Below, in pieces: positions 9,228 through 19,707 of a stretch of DNA of 64,000 nt (within the stretch, counting starts at the first letter, position 1; the number at the start of each line of letters is the position of its first letter). The notes beneath the pieces are model-generated. The model was not told the DNA's origin and did not search any database. It saw nothing but the letters and a program-made list of their open reading frames with translations. This DNA is from Gammaproteobacteria bacterium (GTDB lineage: Bacteria > Pseudomonadota > Gammaproteobacteria > Eutrophobiales > Eutrophobiaceae). A program made the translations under genes and the position numbers. The stretch is from the NCBI GenBank assembly GCA_947480335.1, contig CANKCB010000002.1, forward strand, positions 30,976-94,975, in the 5' to 3' direction.

Positions 9228-9836
9228 TTACAGAAACTGTTTGAAGATACTGCGAAAATCAGTGGCGGTCATGTCTGTATCTTCCACATTCAATGAAAGT
9301 CGCTTGTCTACTGATTCCCTGATCACATCATGAACAACCTGGAGTGTAGGATTGGTTATGGTGGCTGTGCGCAGATCAGTGACAGCCAGACCTATATCAC
9401 CGGATTTAGAACTGATTTGTTGTAGTAATATAACTGGAAGCAGATTATTTTCCAGCATCAAACTGAAACCGCGATAGATGCTGCCGACAAAATCGATCAG
9501 TTTGTCGCCATATTGATTTTTGGCTGAACTTAATGTGGCATTACGGGCAGAAGTAAGCAGATTATTATGGTTACACTTATCCAGTCCATAAAAGCTCAGA
9601 CTTTCCCATTCCTTGCGTTTGGGTTTACAGATCATTCCCAACATTCCGTTGTCCCAGCAGGGTTTAAGAAAGGCCGGATTGATGCCGGAGAGCATTTCAT
9701 GATCCTTGAGTACTAACAAGGTCTTGTCATAAACCAGCTTGCCGAGTATGGGTTTATCCTCGCGTACATGCAGGATCAAATGTTCACCCAATCCGTATTT
9801 AAACAGTACTTCAACCAGTTTGTTATCCATAGTCAT
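9228..9836 (-). CDS. hypothetical protein, no recognisable family
   Basis: 202-aa ORF with an ATG start in a lower-GC segment, facing an AT-rich divergent promoter region. I found no motif I can place. Confidence 0.55.
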   Translation of the reverse strand: MTMDNKLVEVLFKYGLGEHLILHVREDKPILGKLVYDKTLLVLKDHEMLSGINPAFLKPCWDNGMLGMICKPKRKEWESLSFYGLDKCNHNNLLTSARNATLSSAKNQYGDKLIDFVGSIYRGFSLMLENNLLPVILLQQISSKSGDIGLAVTDLRTATITNPTLQVVHDVIRESVDKRLSLNVEDTDMTATDFRSIFKQFL

Positions 9837-10005
9837 ATTATGATAGTAAAGTTACTTGTCTGTATGCGATTTCTCAGTAGTGTGCGCAATTACAAGAAAT
9901 AAACTGAATTGAGAAAGATGGTTAAATTATTGATATTTAAAATAATTATTGTACATGTGTTATTCTAGCATTCAATCCGAATAATAAATATTTCAGGTCC
10001 GTGTA

Positions 10006-10368
10006 ATGGATTCAACCAACCACAAAGACAACCGTGCACATGCTCGTGTATGTACAAATGTCAATGTACAGGTACAGTCAGCACCCGGATCAGAAGCGCT
10101 TGCAGGGAGCAATCTGGTTTGTCAGTTGCGTGATATTTCGCTGGTGGGCATGTGCTTGTATACCGAGGTAGCGCTGCCTGATAATTGCAATCTGTTTTTG
10201 AATGTCGAGATGGGTATGCCGTTACGTACATTCAACCTGTTGGGTAAAGTAATCTGGTCGATACCGGATGGCGATGGCAAACATTTCAATATGGGTATCC
10301 ATCTGGTAAAATTTTCGGAAGAGATTGCAGCCTGGCAGTCAGCGGTACTGCATAAGCTGACCAGTTAG
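10006..10368 (+). CDS. single-domain PilZ protein (predicted c-di-GMP receptor)
   Basis: 120 aa with an RxxxR motif (RAHAR) followed 27 residues later by DxSxxG (DISLVG). Confidence 0.75.
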   Translation: MDSTNHKDNRAHARVCTNVNVQVQSAPGSEALAGSNLVCQLRDISLVGMCLYTEVALPDNCNLFLNVEMGMPLRTFNLLGKVIWSIPDGDGKHFNMGIHLVKFSEEIAAWQSAVLHKLTS

Positions 10369-10412
10369 TAAAATCTTGGCGATAATCTGAAGGGTATCGT
10401 GGATACCAATAT

Positions 10413-12662
10413 TTAGTCTGCATCCGGTTCCAGACTTCGATGATCAGCGCTGGTCAGTTTTACCAGGTTGGTGATTTTGCGTATCCAACCACTGCCTTCC
10501 TGATCTTCTGCCTGTACCATTTCTGTCAGCAACTGGTAATTGGTTTTGCCCGAGCCGAGAACCGGCAATTCCTCAGCCAGTACGATTTTTCTGGGTATAT
10601 GCAGCTCACTCACCTTTAATTCACGTACAGCTTCTGTAAATTGCTTACGGTCTGCACCATGAAAATCGGTGACCAGTACGATCCGTTCACCTTTTTTCTC
10701 ATCAAACAGCGTGATGGCTGCATGGTTGGCCGCAGGCCAGCAATGAATAGCAATTTCCTCAACAGCTGTGAGAGACACCATTTCCCCGCCCAGTTTGGCA
10801 AACCGTTTGGCCCGACCCAGGATCCAGATGAACCCTTCATCATCGATGTCGGCAATATCCCCGGTATCATGCCAGCCTGGGCCACGTTCCGCTGCAGGGG
10901 GAACGATTATTCCATTGGAATTTTGCAGCAGATATCCGAGCATGACGTTAGGCCCACTCACTACCAGACGGCCTCCCTGTTCCAGACCTTCTACCGGCGC
11001 CAGATAACTTTGCATACCTGGCAGTAATAGTCCAACACTGCCGGTACGGCAAACCAATGGAGTATTGACAGAGATGACCGGGCTTGATTCTGTAACTCCA
11101 TAGCCTTCAAAAATGCGGATGCCAAATTTTTCCATCCACAGTTGTCGTGTGTCTTCACGCAACTTTTCAGCGCCGGCTACCACGTATCGTAAGGTATGAA
11201 AATCAAATGGATGTGCATAATTGGCATAGCCTTTAAAAAAGGTATTGGTGCCAAAAAATATGGTCGCATTCTTTTCATAGACTAGCTGTGGAATGATGCG
11301 GTAATGCAATGGGCTGGGATACAGATACACCTTGCTGCCACCCAGTAAAGGCATCAAGGTTCCGGCGTTCAAGCCAAACGAATGAAACAGTGGCAAGCAG
11401 GTAAATACAATATCGGACGGTTTGAAATCGATATGGATTCTTACCTGGGCAAAATTGGAGAGGATGTTACTGTGAGAAAGCACTACTCCCTTGGGTACCC
11501 CTTCTGAACCGGAGGTAAACAGAATAATAGCTGGACTATCCGGATCAGGTTTCCCGCAATGGCGCTGATAACTGGCAGCCGGGTTCCAGGACTGGATTAC
11601 GGCTGTCAATTTGTCCTTCAGGCTGATCTGGTCACGCAGATCTTCCAGATACACCAGCTTGACATGCTGTTGCAGTTCATTCGCCAAATCCTGCAGACTG
11701 GCTCGCTCAATAAAGGTTCGGGAGGTGTAAACCGTTTTCAAACCGGCTGTCGAGCAGGCTTTGAGAATGTTCTGGATGCCGGCTGTGTAATTCAATAACG
11801 CCGGGACCCGTGATAAATATTGCATTGCCATCATGCAGACTACAACTGTGGTGGTGTTGGGTAACAGCAAGCCAGTGTATTCATCTCTGGTCGTTTGTTG
11901 TTGTAGCAGTCGTGACATGGCAAATGCACGGGTAAATATTTGCTTGTAAGTCAGTACAACATTGTTGGTATCTTCCAGGACAACCAGATTTCGGCCATAT
12001 TTAGTGGCGGCCTGACACATCGCCTGAAACAGTGTTTGATGATGGTTATAGGTGACAAATTGCAGCTTTAACATCAGGCTTTGCAGTTTCAGCGTCGCTT
12101 CCTTGCGTCGTTGGTGGCCCGACAGTTCCGGATCCAGCAGGATTTTGACCGGTGGCAGGATAGTCAGTGTGATTTTAGGAAAACGACGTACATGTCCACG
12201 GTTTTGCAGATATGAAAACGGACTATGTTGTGCGCCGTCGATGGCAATTGGCAAAATCATTGCGTCAGCCTTGTCCGCAATTAACGCAGGCCCTTCATAG
12301 ATTTTCATCAGGGTGCCGGTAGTGGTGATCCGCCCTTCAGGAAAGATTACCGCTTTCTTGTCATCACGAATAAACCGGATCATGGATTTCAGCGACAAGG
12401 GGCTAGTCTGATCCATTTCGAATAAATCAACAAACATCAGGAACAGACGGAATGATTTACGTGCAGCGATTCCGGAATTGATGGCAAAAGTAGGGGTTTC
12501 CGGTAACCAGGCATATAACAGGATGCCATCGAGCAGGGAAGTATGGTTGGCTACAATCAGGACCCGTTTCCCGGCCTGGTAATAATTTTCCATACCGTTA
12601 ACGGTTACGCCATAAAAGGTACGCAATAGACCACGTAACAGAAATTTGATCAGACTTATCAT
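10413..12662 (-). CDS. aas: bifunctional 2-acylglycerophosphoethanolamine acyltransferase / acyl-ACP synthetase (Aas-like)
   Basis: 749 aa. The N-terminal PlsC-type acyltransferase carries the motifs ANHTSLLDG and FPEGRITTTG. The C-terminal part is an AMP-binding adenylate-forming domain (FTSGSEGVPKGVVLSH, YGVTE, GDIADIDDEGF). Confidence 0.85.
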   Translation of the reverse strand: MISLIKFLLRGLLRTFYGVTVNGMENYYQAGKRVLIVANHTSLLDGILLYAWLPETPTFAINSGIAARKSFRLFLMFVDLFEMDQTSPLSLKSMIRFIRDDKKAVIFPEGRITTTGTLMKIYEGPALIADKADAMILPIAIDGAQHSPFSYLQNRGHVRRFPKITLTILPPVKILLDPELSGHQRRKEATLKLQSLMLKLQFVTYNHHQTLFQAMCQAATKYGRNLVVLEDTNNVVLTYKQIFTRAFAMSRLLQQQTTRDEYTGLLLPNTTTVVVCMMAMQYLSRVPALLNYTAGIQNILKACSTAGLKTVYTSRTFIERASLQDLANELQQHVKLVYLEDLRDQISLKDKLTAVIQSWNPAASYQRHCGKPDPDSPAIILFTSGSEGVPKGVVLSHSNILSNFAQVRIHIDFKPSDIVFTCLPLFHSFGLNAGTLMPLLGGSKVYLYPSPLHYRIIPQLVYEKNATIFFGTNTFFKGYANYAHPFDFHTLRYVVAGAEKLREDTRQLWMEKFGIRIFEGYGVTESSPVISVNTPLVCRTGSVGLLLPGMQSYLAPVEGLEQGGRLVVSGPNVMLGYLLQNSNGIIVPPAAERGPGWHDTGDIADIDDEGFIWILGRAKRFAKLGGEMVSLTAVEEIAIHCWPAANHAAITLFDEKKGERIVLVTDFHGADRKQFTEAVRELKVSELHIPRKIVLAEELPVLGSGKTNYQLLTEMVQAEDQEGSGWIRKITNLVKLTSADHRSLEPDAD

Positions 12663-12749
12663 AGAAGGACATTCTACGAATAAATCGAGGGAACTGCTAA
12701 TTTCTGTATGTAGTCAGGATGCCTAGATAGCAGGCGAGGATACTGTTGA

Positions 12750-14390
12750 TCAGGCGTCTATGGCCAGTGCGGTTGTTTCCAGCAGCACCAGGGTTTGACC
12801 GGGTTGTAATTGTGTGTTCTTTGAGAGGTTGTTCCACTTCTGTAATTGCGCAACGGTTACACCAAATGCCTGGGAAATTCTCCAGAGGGTATCGCCTTTT
12901 TTGACGGTGTAATTGATATGACCATTTTCGTTTTTCGAGTAATCCTTGGCCGGTTCCTTGGCCTGGGCCAGGTTGGATTTTTCTACTGTCCGTGGGTTCC
13001 ACAGGTTCAGTTTTTGTCCTAGATGCAGGGTGGAATTGGTGCTCAGGTTATTCCATGCGCACAGATCCTTGACGCTGACTTTAAAACGGTTACCAATGGC
13101 CCAGAGGTTGTCCCCGGCGCGTACGGAATAAATCTGTTTGTCACCTGTCATATTATTGCTGGGCTCAACCACCCGCGGGTTATTTAATACAACCGGGGTA
13201 AATTTACCCTGGGCTTTTGAACCGGGTATCATCAGAGTCTGACCAACATGGATCAGGTTACCCTTGATATTGTTGGTTTCTTTCAGCATGGCCACACTGG
13301 TTTTATAGGCATCAGCAATCTGGCCAAGTGTTTCGCCTTTTTTGATGACATGCTGATTCCAGCTTACGCGCTGCTCTTTTGGAATGGCACTGAGCCCGGT
13401 TAAAAACATCGGAGCCTTGTCAATCGGCAATAACAGGTAGTGCGGACCGTCCGGGTCGGTGGCCCAACGACTGAAGCCGGGGTTAAGCGTATAGATTTGA
13501 TCCATGGTCAGGCCGGTCAAGGAGGCCACTGTAGACAGATCCAGTTGTCCGCCGGTTTCAACCTGGGTGAAATAGGGTTTGTCCGGTATGGCCGTCAGAG
13601 TGACTCCATATTTTTCCGGTTGAGCAACGATTTCAGCAACGGCGAGCAGGCTGGGTACATAACCGCGGGTTTCCTTGTGCAGGCCAAGTGAAAAGAAGTC
13701 AGTTTTCTTTCTGGACTGGTTGTTTTTCAGGATGGCTCGTTCGATATTGCGCTCACCGGTATTATAGGCAGCGATGGCCAACTCCCAGTCACCAAACTCA
13801 TTGTGCAGTTTTTGCAGGTAGTCGAGTGCAGCACGTGTCGCCGCTACAATGTCGCGTCTGCCGTCATACCACCAGTTTTGTTTCAATCCAAAAATCTTGC
13901 CCGTACCGGGTATGAATTGCCAGATACCTGACGCATGACTTCTGGAATAGGCGAAGGGGTGATAGGCACTTTCGACAACCGGTAACAGGGCCAGCTCGAT
14001 CGGCATGTCCCGTTTCTTGAGTTCTTCAACAATAAAGTAAAGGTAGGGAGTGGCTCTTTCTGACATGTGAATCAAAAATTCCTGATTGCGGGCATACCAC
14101 GCAATTTTTTCCTTCACGACTTTATTGTCAATGTGGCGATTCATTTGCAGACTGTCACGAATACGTAACCATACATTACCTTCGTTACCGGCAATGTTAA
14201 CGTCATCACTGTTACTGATATCGTTGGCGCCAGAGTGCAGTCCATACTCTGGATTGTTGGCACTATGATCAGTTTTGCCAGTGCTGTTACGAGCGCTATC
14301 TGGAATGTGTGATGACTGGAATGACGGAGTGGTTGAACACGCTGTCAGCATCATTACAAGCAGGATAGGTAGCAGGGTTATTTTTTGCAT
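12750..14390 (-). CDS. mltD: membrane-bound lytic murein transglycosylase D with C-terminal LysM repeats
   Basis: 546 aa with lipobox LTAC. The SLT domain shows ESAYHPFAYSRSHASGIWQFIPGTG and AAYNTGERNIERA, and several LysM-like repeats follow (for example YTVKKGDTLWRISQAFGVTVAQLQKWN). Confidence 0.9.
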   Translation of the reverse strand: MQKITLLPILLVMMLTACSTTPSFQSSHIPDSARNSTGKTDHSANNPEYGLHSGANDISNSDDVNIAGNEGNVWLRIRDSLQMNRHIDNKVVKEKIAWYARNQEFLIHMSERATPYLYFIVEELKKRDMPIELALLPVVESAYHPFAYSRSHASGIWQFIPGTGKIFGLKQNWWYDGRRDIVAATRAALDYLQKLHNEFGDWELAIAAYNTGERNIERAILKNNQSRKKTDFFSLGLHKETRGYVPSLLAVAEIVAQPEKYGVTLTAIPDKPYFTQVETGGQLDLSTVASLTGLTMDQIYTLNPGFSRWATDPDGPHYLLLPIDKAPMFLTGLSAIPKEQRVSWNQHVIKKGETLGQIADAYKTSVAMLKETNNIKGNLIHVGQTLMIPGSKAQGKFTPVVLNNPRVVEPSNNMTGDKQIYSVRAGDNLWAIGNRFKVSVKDLCAWNNLSTNSTLHLGQKLNLWNPRTVEKSNLAQAKEPAKDYSKNENGHINYTVKKGDTLWRISQAFGVTVAQLQKWNNLSKNTQLQPGQTLVLLETTALAIDA

Positions 14391-14477
14391 CGCGCAATCG
14401 TAGGGATCGGATGCTATATGGTCAAGTATTTTTTACAGTTACGTATATAAAGCGATTGACGAAAAATAATTTCTGTT

Positions 14478-15248
14478 TCAGAAAATATCTTTCCATTTTC
14501 GCAGCTGCGTAAATACATCAACTGTTGTATTCAGTCTGTGTCCTGCAAAATTTTCTGCAGCTGCGATAACAGTATCAACGTGTGTGCGTAAAAAGGGATT
14601 GGTTGTTTTTTCACACAACAGTGTGTTGGGTACAGTCGGTATATTTTTTTCACGTAGTTGTAGACACTGCAACATACGCGCTGAAATGTCGTTGTTTTCA
14701 GGTTCTACTGCCTGTGCAAATCGCAGGTTGTCTACTGTATATTCATGTGTGCAATAGAGCAGCGTCGAGTTTGGGAGTTTTGCAACTCTGTCTATAGAAT
14801 GATACAGCTGCTCCGCTGTACCATCGAACAATCTGCCGCAACCGGCCATAAAAATGGTGTCTCCGATGAACAATATCCCCTCTGTGTAATAGGCAATATG
14901 CCCTGAGGTGTGTCCAGGGACATCGTAAATTTGAAGATTCAGGTCCAGATCGGGCAGGTTGATAATATTCTGATCGTGCAATGGATGGGTCATACCAGGT
15001 ATGGATTCTCTGGCAGGACCATAGACCGGTATGTGGAAGCTTTGTAGCAGTTCCAGTATACCGCCCACATGATCATGATGGCGATGCGTTACCAAAATGG
15101 CCGCCGGGGTGAGTTGATATTGGGTGATAGTATCGAGCACTACTGTGGCATCACCGGGATCGACAATAGCCACCGATCGGTTCCTGGTGTTTTCAATGAA
15201 CCAGATATAATTATCACGGAATGCGGGAACCGATTTTATTTCGATCAT
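14478..15248 (-). CDS. gloB: hydroxyacylglutathione hydrolase (glyoxalase II)
   Basis: 256 aa with the metallo-beta-lactamase motif THRHHDHVGG and with VPGHTSGHIAY. Synteny is the same as E. coli gloB-yafS-rnhA-dnaQ. Confidence 0.92.
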   Translation of the reverse strand: MIEIKSVPAFRDNYIWFIENTRNRSVAIVDPGDATVVLDTITQYQLTPAAILVTHRHHDHVGGILELLQSFHIPVYGPARESIPGMTHPLHDQNIINLPDLDLNLQIYDVPGHTSGHIAYYTEGILFIGDTIFMAGCGRLFDGTAEQLYHSIDRVAKLPNSTLLYCTHEYTVDNLRFAQAVEPENNDISARMLQCLQLREKNIPTVPNTLLCEKTTNPFLRTHVDTVIAAAENFAGHRLNTTVDVFTQLRKWKDIF

Positions 15249-15302
15249 TAATTTGCTCGGATACGTTATGACATTACCGCAGGGCAGATTATCATAGACA
15301 TC

Positions 15303-16070
15303 ATGCCTGTCGATCTAAAATCCGGTTCTGTTAGCAACAGATTAAAAAAGTGGTTTGAGTGCCCATTGGGAAAGTATCTGGCCGAACATGAAATCACACG
15401 GCTTGAAAATATATTATCCAATCTGTTTGGGTATCATTTTATGCAGATTGGTACAGTCTTTGGTACCAGCATTCTCAATAGCACACGGATCGGACATCGT
15501 CTGCTTGTACAACTGGAGGATGAAGGCCCGATACAATCCGATGTCAGCCTGATCTGCGCACCGGCATATATGCCTATAGCATCTGACTCGATCGATGTGG
15601 TGGTTTTACCGCATGTGCTGGAATACTCACCAAACCCTCACAAGTTATTGCGTGAAATTGAACGTGTATTGATTGGTGAAGGACATCTGGTCATAACCGG
15701 CTTCAATCCGTGGAGTTTGTGTGGAGTCTGGAGGCTGATGCTCGCCTGGCGGGATGAACCACCATGGAATGGACATTTTTTCAGTTTTACACGTATTCAT
15801 GACTGGTTTTCATTGCTTGACCTTGAAATTATTCGAACCGAGCGTTTTTTTTATCGACCGCCATTAATGAACAGGCAACTGTTCGACAGGTTTGCTTTTC
15901 TGGAAAAGCTGGGCAGTTATTGCTGGTCAGTATTTGGAGGAGTTTATATTATTGTTGTCAGAAAAAGGGTGGTGCCGTTGACTCCGATCAAGCTGATTTG
16001 GCACAAACGTCGTCGTATGATTGAATCCAGTATGGCCAAACCTACAGCGAGTAACCAGGTAGATATATAA
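15303..16070 (+). CDS. class I SAM-dependent methyltransferase, YafS-like
   Basis: 255 aa, similar in layout to E. coli YafS ([46 protein letters not shown]). It lies between gloB and rnhA. Confidence 0.8.
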   Translation: MPVDLKSGSVSNRLKKWFECPLGKYLAEHEITRLENILSNLFGYHFMQIGTVFGTSILNSTRIGHRLLVQLEDEGPIQSDVSLICAPAYMPIASDSIDVVVLPHVLEYSPNPHKLLREIERVLIGEGHLVITGFNPWSLCGVWRLMLAWRDEPPWNGHFFSFTRIHDWFSLLDLEIIRTERFFYRPPLMNRQLFDRFAFLEKLGSYCWSVFGGVYIIVVRKRVVPLTPIKLIWHKRRRMIESSMAKPTASNQVDI

Positions 16071-16516
16071 TGACAGAAGTAGTCGAGATTTTTACCGATG
16101 GTGCCTGTCGGGGTAATCCAGGTCCAGGTGGATGGGGCGCCATCATGCGTTATAACGGCGCGGAAAAGGAACTGTATGGGGCCGAAACTGACACGACCAA
16201 TAACCGTATGGAACTGACGGCGGCGATCATGGCTCTGGGTGCCTTGACGCGGCCTTGTCGGGTTCATTTGACCACCGATTCGGTCTATGTAAAGAGTGGA
16301 ATTACCGAGTGGCTGCCAGGTTGGAAAAGGAAAAACTGGATGACCGCCGCCAAAAAGCCGGTCAAAAATGTGGATTTATGGCAGCAACTAGAGAAGGCAA
16401 CCCTGCCGCATCAGATTGAATGGCACTGGGTAAAGGGCCACAGTGGGCATCTGGAAAACGACAGGGCAGATGAACTGGCCAACCTGGCCATCGATATCTT
16501 GTTAGGTAAGGAGTGA
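16070..16516 (+). CDS. rnhA: ribonuclease HI
   Basis: 148 aa: [46 protein letters not shown]. Confidence 0.95.
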   Translation: MTEVVEIFTDGACRGNPGPGGWGAIMRYNGAEKELYGAETDTTNNRMELTAAIMALGALTRPCRVHLTTDSVYVKSGITEWLPGWKRKNWMTAAKKPVKNVDLWQQLEKATLPHQIEWHWVKGHSGHLENDRADELANLAIDILLGKE

Positions 16517-16520
16517 GCAA

Positions 16521-17240
16521 ATGAGTCAGAGGCAAATCATCCTCGATACCGAAACGACCGGACTGGAACCGGCAGACGGTCACCGGATAATTGAAATTGG
16601 TTGTGTTGAAATCAGGAACCGTCGCAAGGGTGATCGGGTATTTCACCAGTATATGAATCCAGATCGACCTATTGAGGACGGTGCCTTTGAAGTCCATGGA
16701 ATTAGCAGTGAGTTTCTGGCCGACAAGCCGGTTTTTGCCGATATTGCCCAGGATCTGATTGATTTTGTACGCGACAGTGAGGTGATCATCCATAATGCTC
16801 CATTTGATGTGGCCTTTATCAATGCCGAATTGAAGCTGCTGGGAAAAAAGTGGGGACGGTTGCAAGATTATTGCAAGATCACTGACACATTGGTGATGGC
16901 CAGGGAGCGGCATCCCGGTCAGAAAAACAGTCTGGATGCACTGTGTACCCGCTATCAGATAGATAATTCACAGCGGGATTTGCATGGTGCATTGCTGGAT
17001 GCCCAGATTTTGCTGGATGTGTATCTGGCCATGACCGGTGGTCAGGGACATTTACTACTGGATGATGAACAGACCCGTGCCGACGGTGCGATTAAACACA
17101 AGATGCTGGCGCGTAAAAGCGGTGCACTTCGATGCATAGAACCCACGGCCGATGAATTACAGGCGCACCAGATACGGCTGGAGTCTATTAATAAGGAAAG
17201 TGGCGGGAAGTGCGTGTGGCTATTGGAAGGTGAAGTGTAG
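16521..17240 (+). CDS. dnaQ: DNA polymerase III epsilon subunit (3'-5' proofreading exonuclease)
   Basis: 239 aa with Exo motifs IILDTETTG, IHNAPFDVAF and HGALLDAQILLDVY. Confidence 0.95.
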   Translation: MSQRQIILDTETTGLEPADGHRIIEIGCVEIRNRRKGDRVFHQYMNPDRPIEDGAFEVHGISSEFLADKPVFADIAQDLIDFVRDSEVIIHNAPFDVAFINAELKLLGKKWGRLQDYCKITDTLVMARERHPGQKNSLDALCTRYQIDNSQRDLHGALLDAQILLDVYLAMTGGQGHLLLDDEQTRADGAIKHKMLARKSGALRCIEPTADELQAHQIRLESINKESGGKCVWLLEGEV

Positions 17241-17261
17241 GGACACAGTAATCTGTGCCCC
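17240..17261. terminator. hairpin between convergent dnaQ and grxD (possible bidirectional terminator)
   Basis: GGGACACAG-taat-CTGTGCCCC gives 8 bp plus one mismatch. There is no clear U-tract on either side. Confidence 0.35.
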
Positions 17262-17273
17262 TACGAGTTAGAT

Positions 17274-17585
17274 TTATGTCGCTGAACTGACCAATTTTTG
17301 TAACTCACCTGAATGATGCAATTCCAGTACGATGTCACAACCACCGATTAATTCACCGTTGATAAAAACCTGGGGAAATGTCGGCCAGTTTGAAATTTTT
17401 GGCAAGGTCTGACGGACTTCTGGATTGGCCAACACATCTACATGGGCAAACTGCGCATTACAGGCTTTTAATGCCTGGGAGGCTTGCATGGAAAAGCCAC
17501 ATTGGGGCATTTCCGGACTGCCTTTCATAAAGATGACTATCGAATTGTCTTTGATGGTCTGATTGATCTGATCAATTATGTTCAC
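17274..17585 (-). CDS. grxD: monothiol glutaredoxin (Grx4/GrxD type)
   Basis: 103 aa with the CGFS active site (PQCGFS) and WPTFPQVFINGELIGGCD. Confidence 0.92.
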   Translation of the reverse strand: MNIIDQINQTIKDNSIVIFMKGSPEMPQCGFSMQASQALKACNAQFAHVDVLANPEVRQTLPKISNWPTFPQVFINGELIGGCDIVLELHHSGELQKLVSSAT

Positions 17586-17854
17586 TGTAATTCCTCAACG
17601 GCGGTAATAACATAGTAAATAACTAGGTTATTAGTATAGCGCTTTCCTCCTTTATTTTAAAGATACCTTTATCCGGGGGTAAAGGCTGTTGTAGACTCAC
17701 ACCATAAGTCTGGTGTCGAATTCTGTACGGGATTCGGACAGGCAGTAATTCAGTAGCAGACAGATGAAAGCAGGCTCAGACATTTGTATAATATGCTGCA
17801 TGATTTGCCAGCTGGCTCATGAAAAATTCACTTTTTAACAGGAAATGTAAATAT

Positions 17855-18439
17855 ATGAACCCATTAAAATCGATAACCGGCACCATCATACTTGGCTTTG
17901 TCGTTGCCTTTGTAATTGCCATGATCGTAACAGGTCCTGGCAATATCATGTCACTTGTAGTCTGGTTGCATGTATTTACGGGCATTATCTGGATAGGCCT
18001 GTTGTATTATTTCAACTTCGTGCAGGCCCCTGCAGTGGCCGCCGCCGCCGCTGACACTGACGGTCCGGGAGCTGCCGGCATCAACAAATATGTCGCACCC
18101 AGGGCATTATTATGGTTTCGCTATGCGGCTTTGTTGACCTGGTTGACGGGTGCTGCTGCTCTGGAAGTTGGTGGCTGGGGTCTAATGAACTCGTTTATGT
18201 TGCAGCCTGGAGCTCAACTAATTGGTATTGGTGCCTGGTTAGGCACGATCATGTTATTTAACGTCTGGGTATTAATCTGGCCAAACCAGAAAAAAATACT
18301 TGGTATCGTCAAGGTATCTGCAGAAGAAGTAGCCAAGGCCAAGGTAGTTGCGCTGATGACCTCCAGGACCAATGCCTTTCTGTCTATTCCCATGCTGATG
18401 TGCATGGTTGGGCAGGGGCATGGTGGTTTGCCTTTATAA
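17855..18439 (+). CDS. conserved integral membrane protein (4-5 TM); function unknown, possibly related to the membrane domain of PuuD-type proteins
   Basis: ORF in the track runs 17819-18439; ATG 17855 is preferred because it follows a GGA-type RBS. The protein is hydrophobic with WLHVFTGIIWIGLLYYFNFVQ. The family assignment is tentative and from memory only. Confidence 0.55.
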   Translation: MNPLKSITGTIILGFVVAFVIAMIVTGPGNIMSLVVWLHVFTGIIWIGLLYYFNFVQAPAVAAAAADTDGPGAAGINKYVAPRALLWFRYAALLTWLTGAAALEVGGWGLMNSFMLQPGAQLIGIGAWLGTIMLFNVWVLIWPNQKKILGIVKVSAEEVAKAKVVALMTSRTNAFLSIPMLMCMVGQGHGGLPL

Positions 18440-18462
18440 AAAATATTCAATTGCTTAATGGT

Positions 18463-18493
18463 AAAGCCCGGCTGTATGCCGGGCTTCTTTTTT
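18463..18493 (+). terminator. rho-independent terminator after the membrane protein gene
   Basis: AAGCCCGGC-tgtat-GCCGGGCTT followed by CTTTTTT. Confidence 0.8.
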
Positions 18494-18526
18494 GGAAAAG
18501 GATTAAAAGCAGGAAGTTTGATCAAG

Positions 18527-19702
18527 ATGAGCAGTGCAATCATGGACACATACAAGCGATTACCCGTAGCATTTGAATCCGGCTCCGGTGCCTGGTTAAC
18601 AGACACCAACGGTAAATGCTATCTGGACGCGCTCGCGGGTATTGCAGTCTGCGGTCTGGGTCATGCTCACCCGGCGGTTGAACAGGCATTGGTTCGGCAG
18701 GCTGGTAAACTGATCCATACATCCAACCTGTATCAGGTGCCCTTGCAGGAACAGTTGGCCACAAAGCTTTGCAATTTATCCGGACTGGACAAGGTGTTCT
18801 TTTGTAATTCCGGAGCCGAAGCCAATGAAGCCGCCATCAAGATTTGCAGACGATATGCGCATGCGCACGGTAATCATTCACCCAGAATCATCGTCATGGA
18901 AGGCGGTTTTCATGGGCGTACTCTGGCAACCTTGACCGCAACCGGAAACAAGAAAATCAAGGTAGGCTTTGAGCCACTGGTAGAAGGCTTTTTGCAAATT
19001 CCCTATAACAATATTGCTGCACTGGAACAGGCGTGTAACAGTCACGCGGATGTGGTCGCAGTGATGCTGGAACCCGTGCAGGGTGAAGGCGGTGTTGTAA
19101 TTCCGGAACCAGGTTACCTGAAACAGGTCGCCGACATCTGTGCATCCAGAGGGTTGTTGTTGGTACTTGATGAAGTGCAGACCGGCATGTGCAGGACAGG
19201 CAAATGGTTTGCGTTTCAGCACGAGGGGGTTTTGCCGGATGTAATGAGCCTGTCCAAGTCGCTGGGTAATGGTGTGCCCATCGGAGCCTGTCTTGCAAAA
19301 GACCATGTGGCTGCACCAATGACGCCCGGTAGTCATGGCACCACGTTTGGTGGCAATCCACTTGCCGCCAGTGCGGCACTGGCCGTGGTCAATTTTCTTG
19401 AGCAAAACCGGATGGATATCCGTGCGGCAGAGCTTGGTAAAAGGATACTGGATGGTTTCAGGAAAAGTCTGAATGGTCAGCAAGGGATAAAGCAGATTCG
19501 GGGTTATGGTCTGATGACAGGAATAGAGCTGGAGCAGAATTGTGCCGATCTGGTGCAAGTTGCACTGGAACATGGCCTGCTGATCAACGTGACGGCTGAC
19601 AAGGTAATCAGATTATTGCCACCACTGATCATTTCAGATACAGAAGCCGATCAGATCGTTGGAATGGTTTCCACATTGATTAAGGATTTTCTCAAGGACT
19701 AA
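18527..19702 (+). CDS. argD: acetylornithine aminotransferase
   Basis: Start moved to ATG 18527, after the terminator and an AGGAAG RBS. It is a class III PLP aminotransferase ([32 protein letters not shown]) and is adjacent to argF. Confidence 0.9.
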   Translation: MSSAIMDTYKRLPVAFESGSGAWLTDTNGKCYLDALAGIAVCGLGHAHPAVEQALVRQAGKLIHTSNLYQVPLQEQLATKLCNLSGLDKVFFCNSGAEANEAAIKICRRYAHAHGNHSPRIIVMEGGFHGRTLATLTATGNKKIKVGFEPLVEGFLQIPYNNIAALEQACNSHADVVAVMLEPVQGEGGVVIPEPGYLKQVADICASRGLLLVLDEVQTGMCRTGKWFAFQHEGVLPDVMSLSKSLGNGVPIGACLAKDHVAAPMTPGSHGTTFGGNPLAASAALAVVNFLEQNRMDIRAAELGKRILDGFRKSLNGQQGIKQIRGYGLMTGIELEQNCADLVQVALEHGLLINVTADKVIRLLPPLIISDTEADQIVGMVSTLIKDFLKD

Positions 19703-19707
19703 TACGG

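Noticed and set aside
8941-9333. 130-aa plus-strand ORF overlapping the 67-aa membrane ORF and the end of the 202-aa gene
   Set aside because: Its composition is not protein-like and it overlaps two better candidates. I kept the 67-aa two-TM ORF, itself only tentatively.
18878-19573. 231-aa and 140-aa minus-strand ORFs inside argD
   Set aside because: They are antisense shadows of a well-supported aminotransferase gene.
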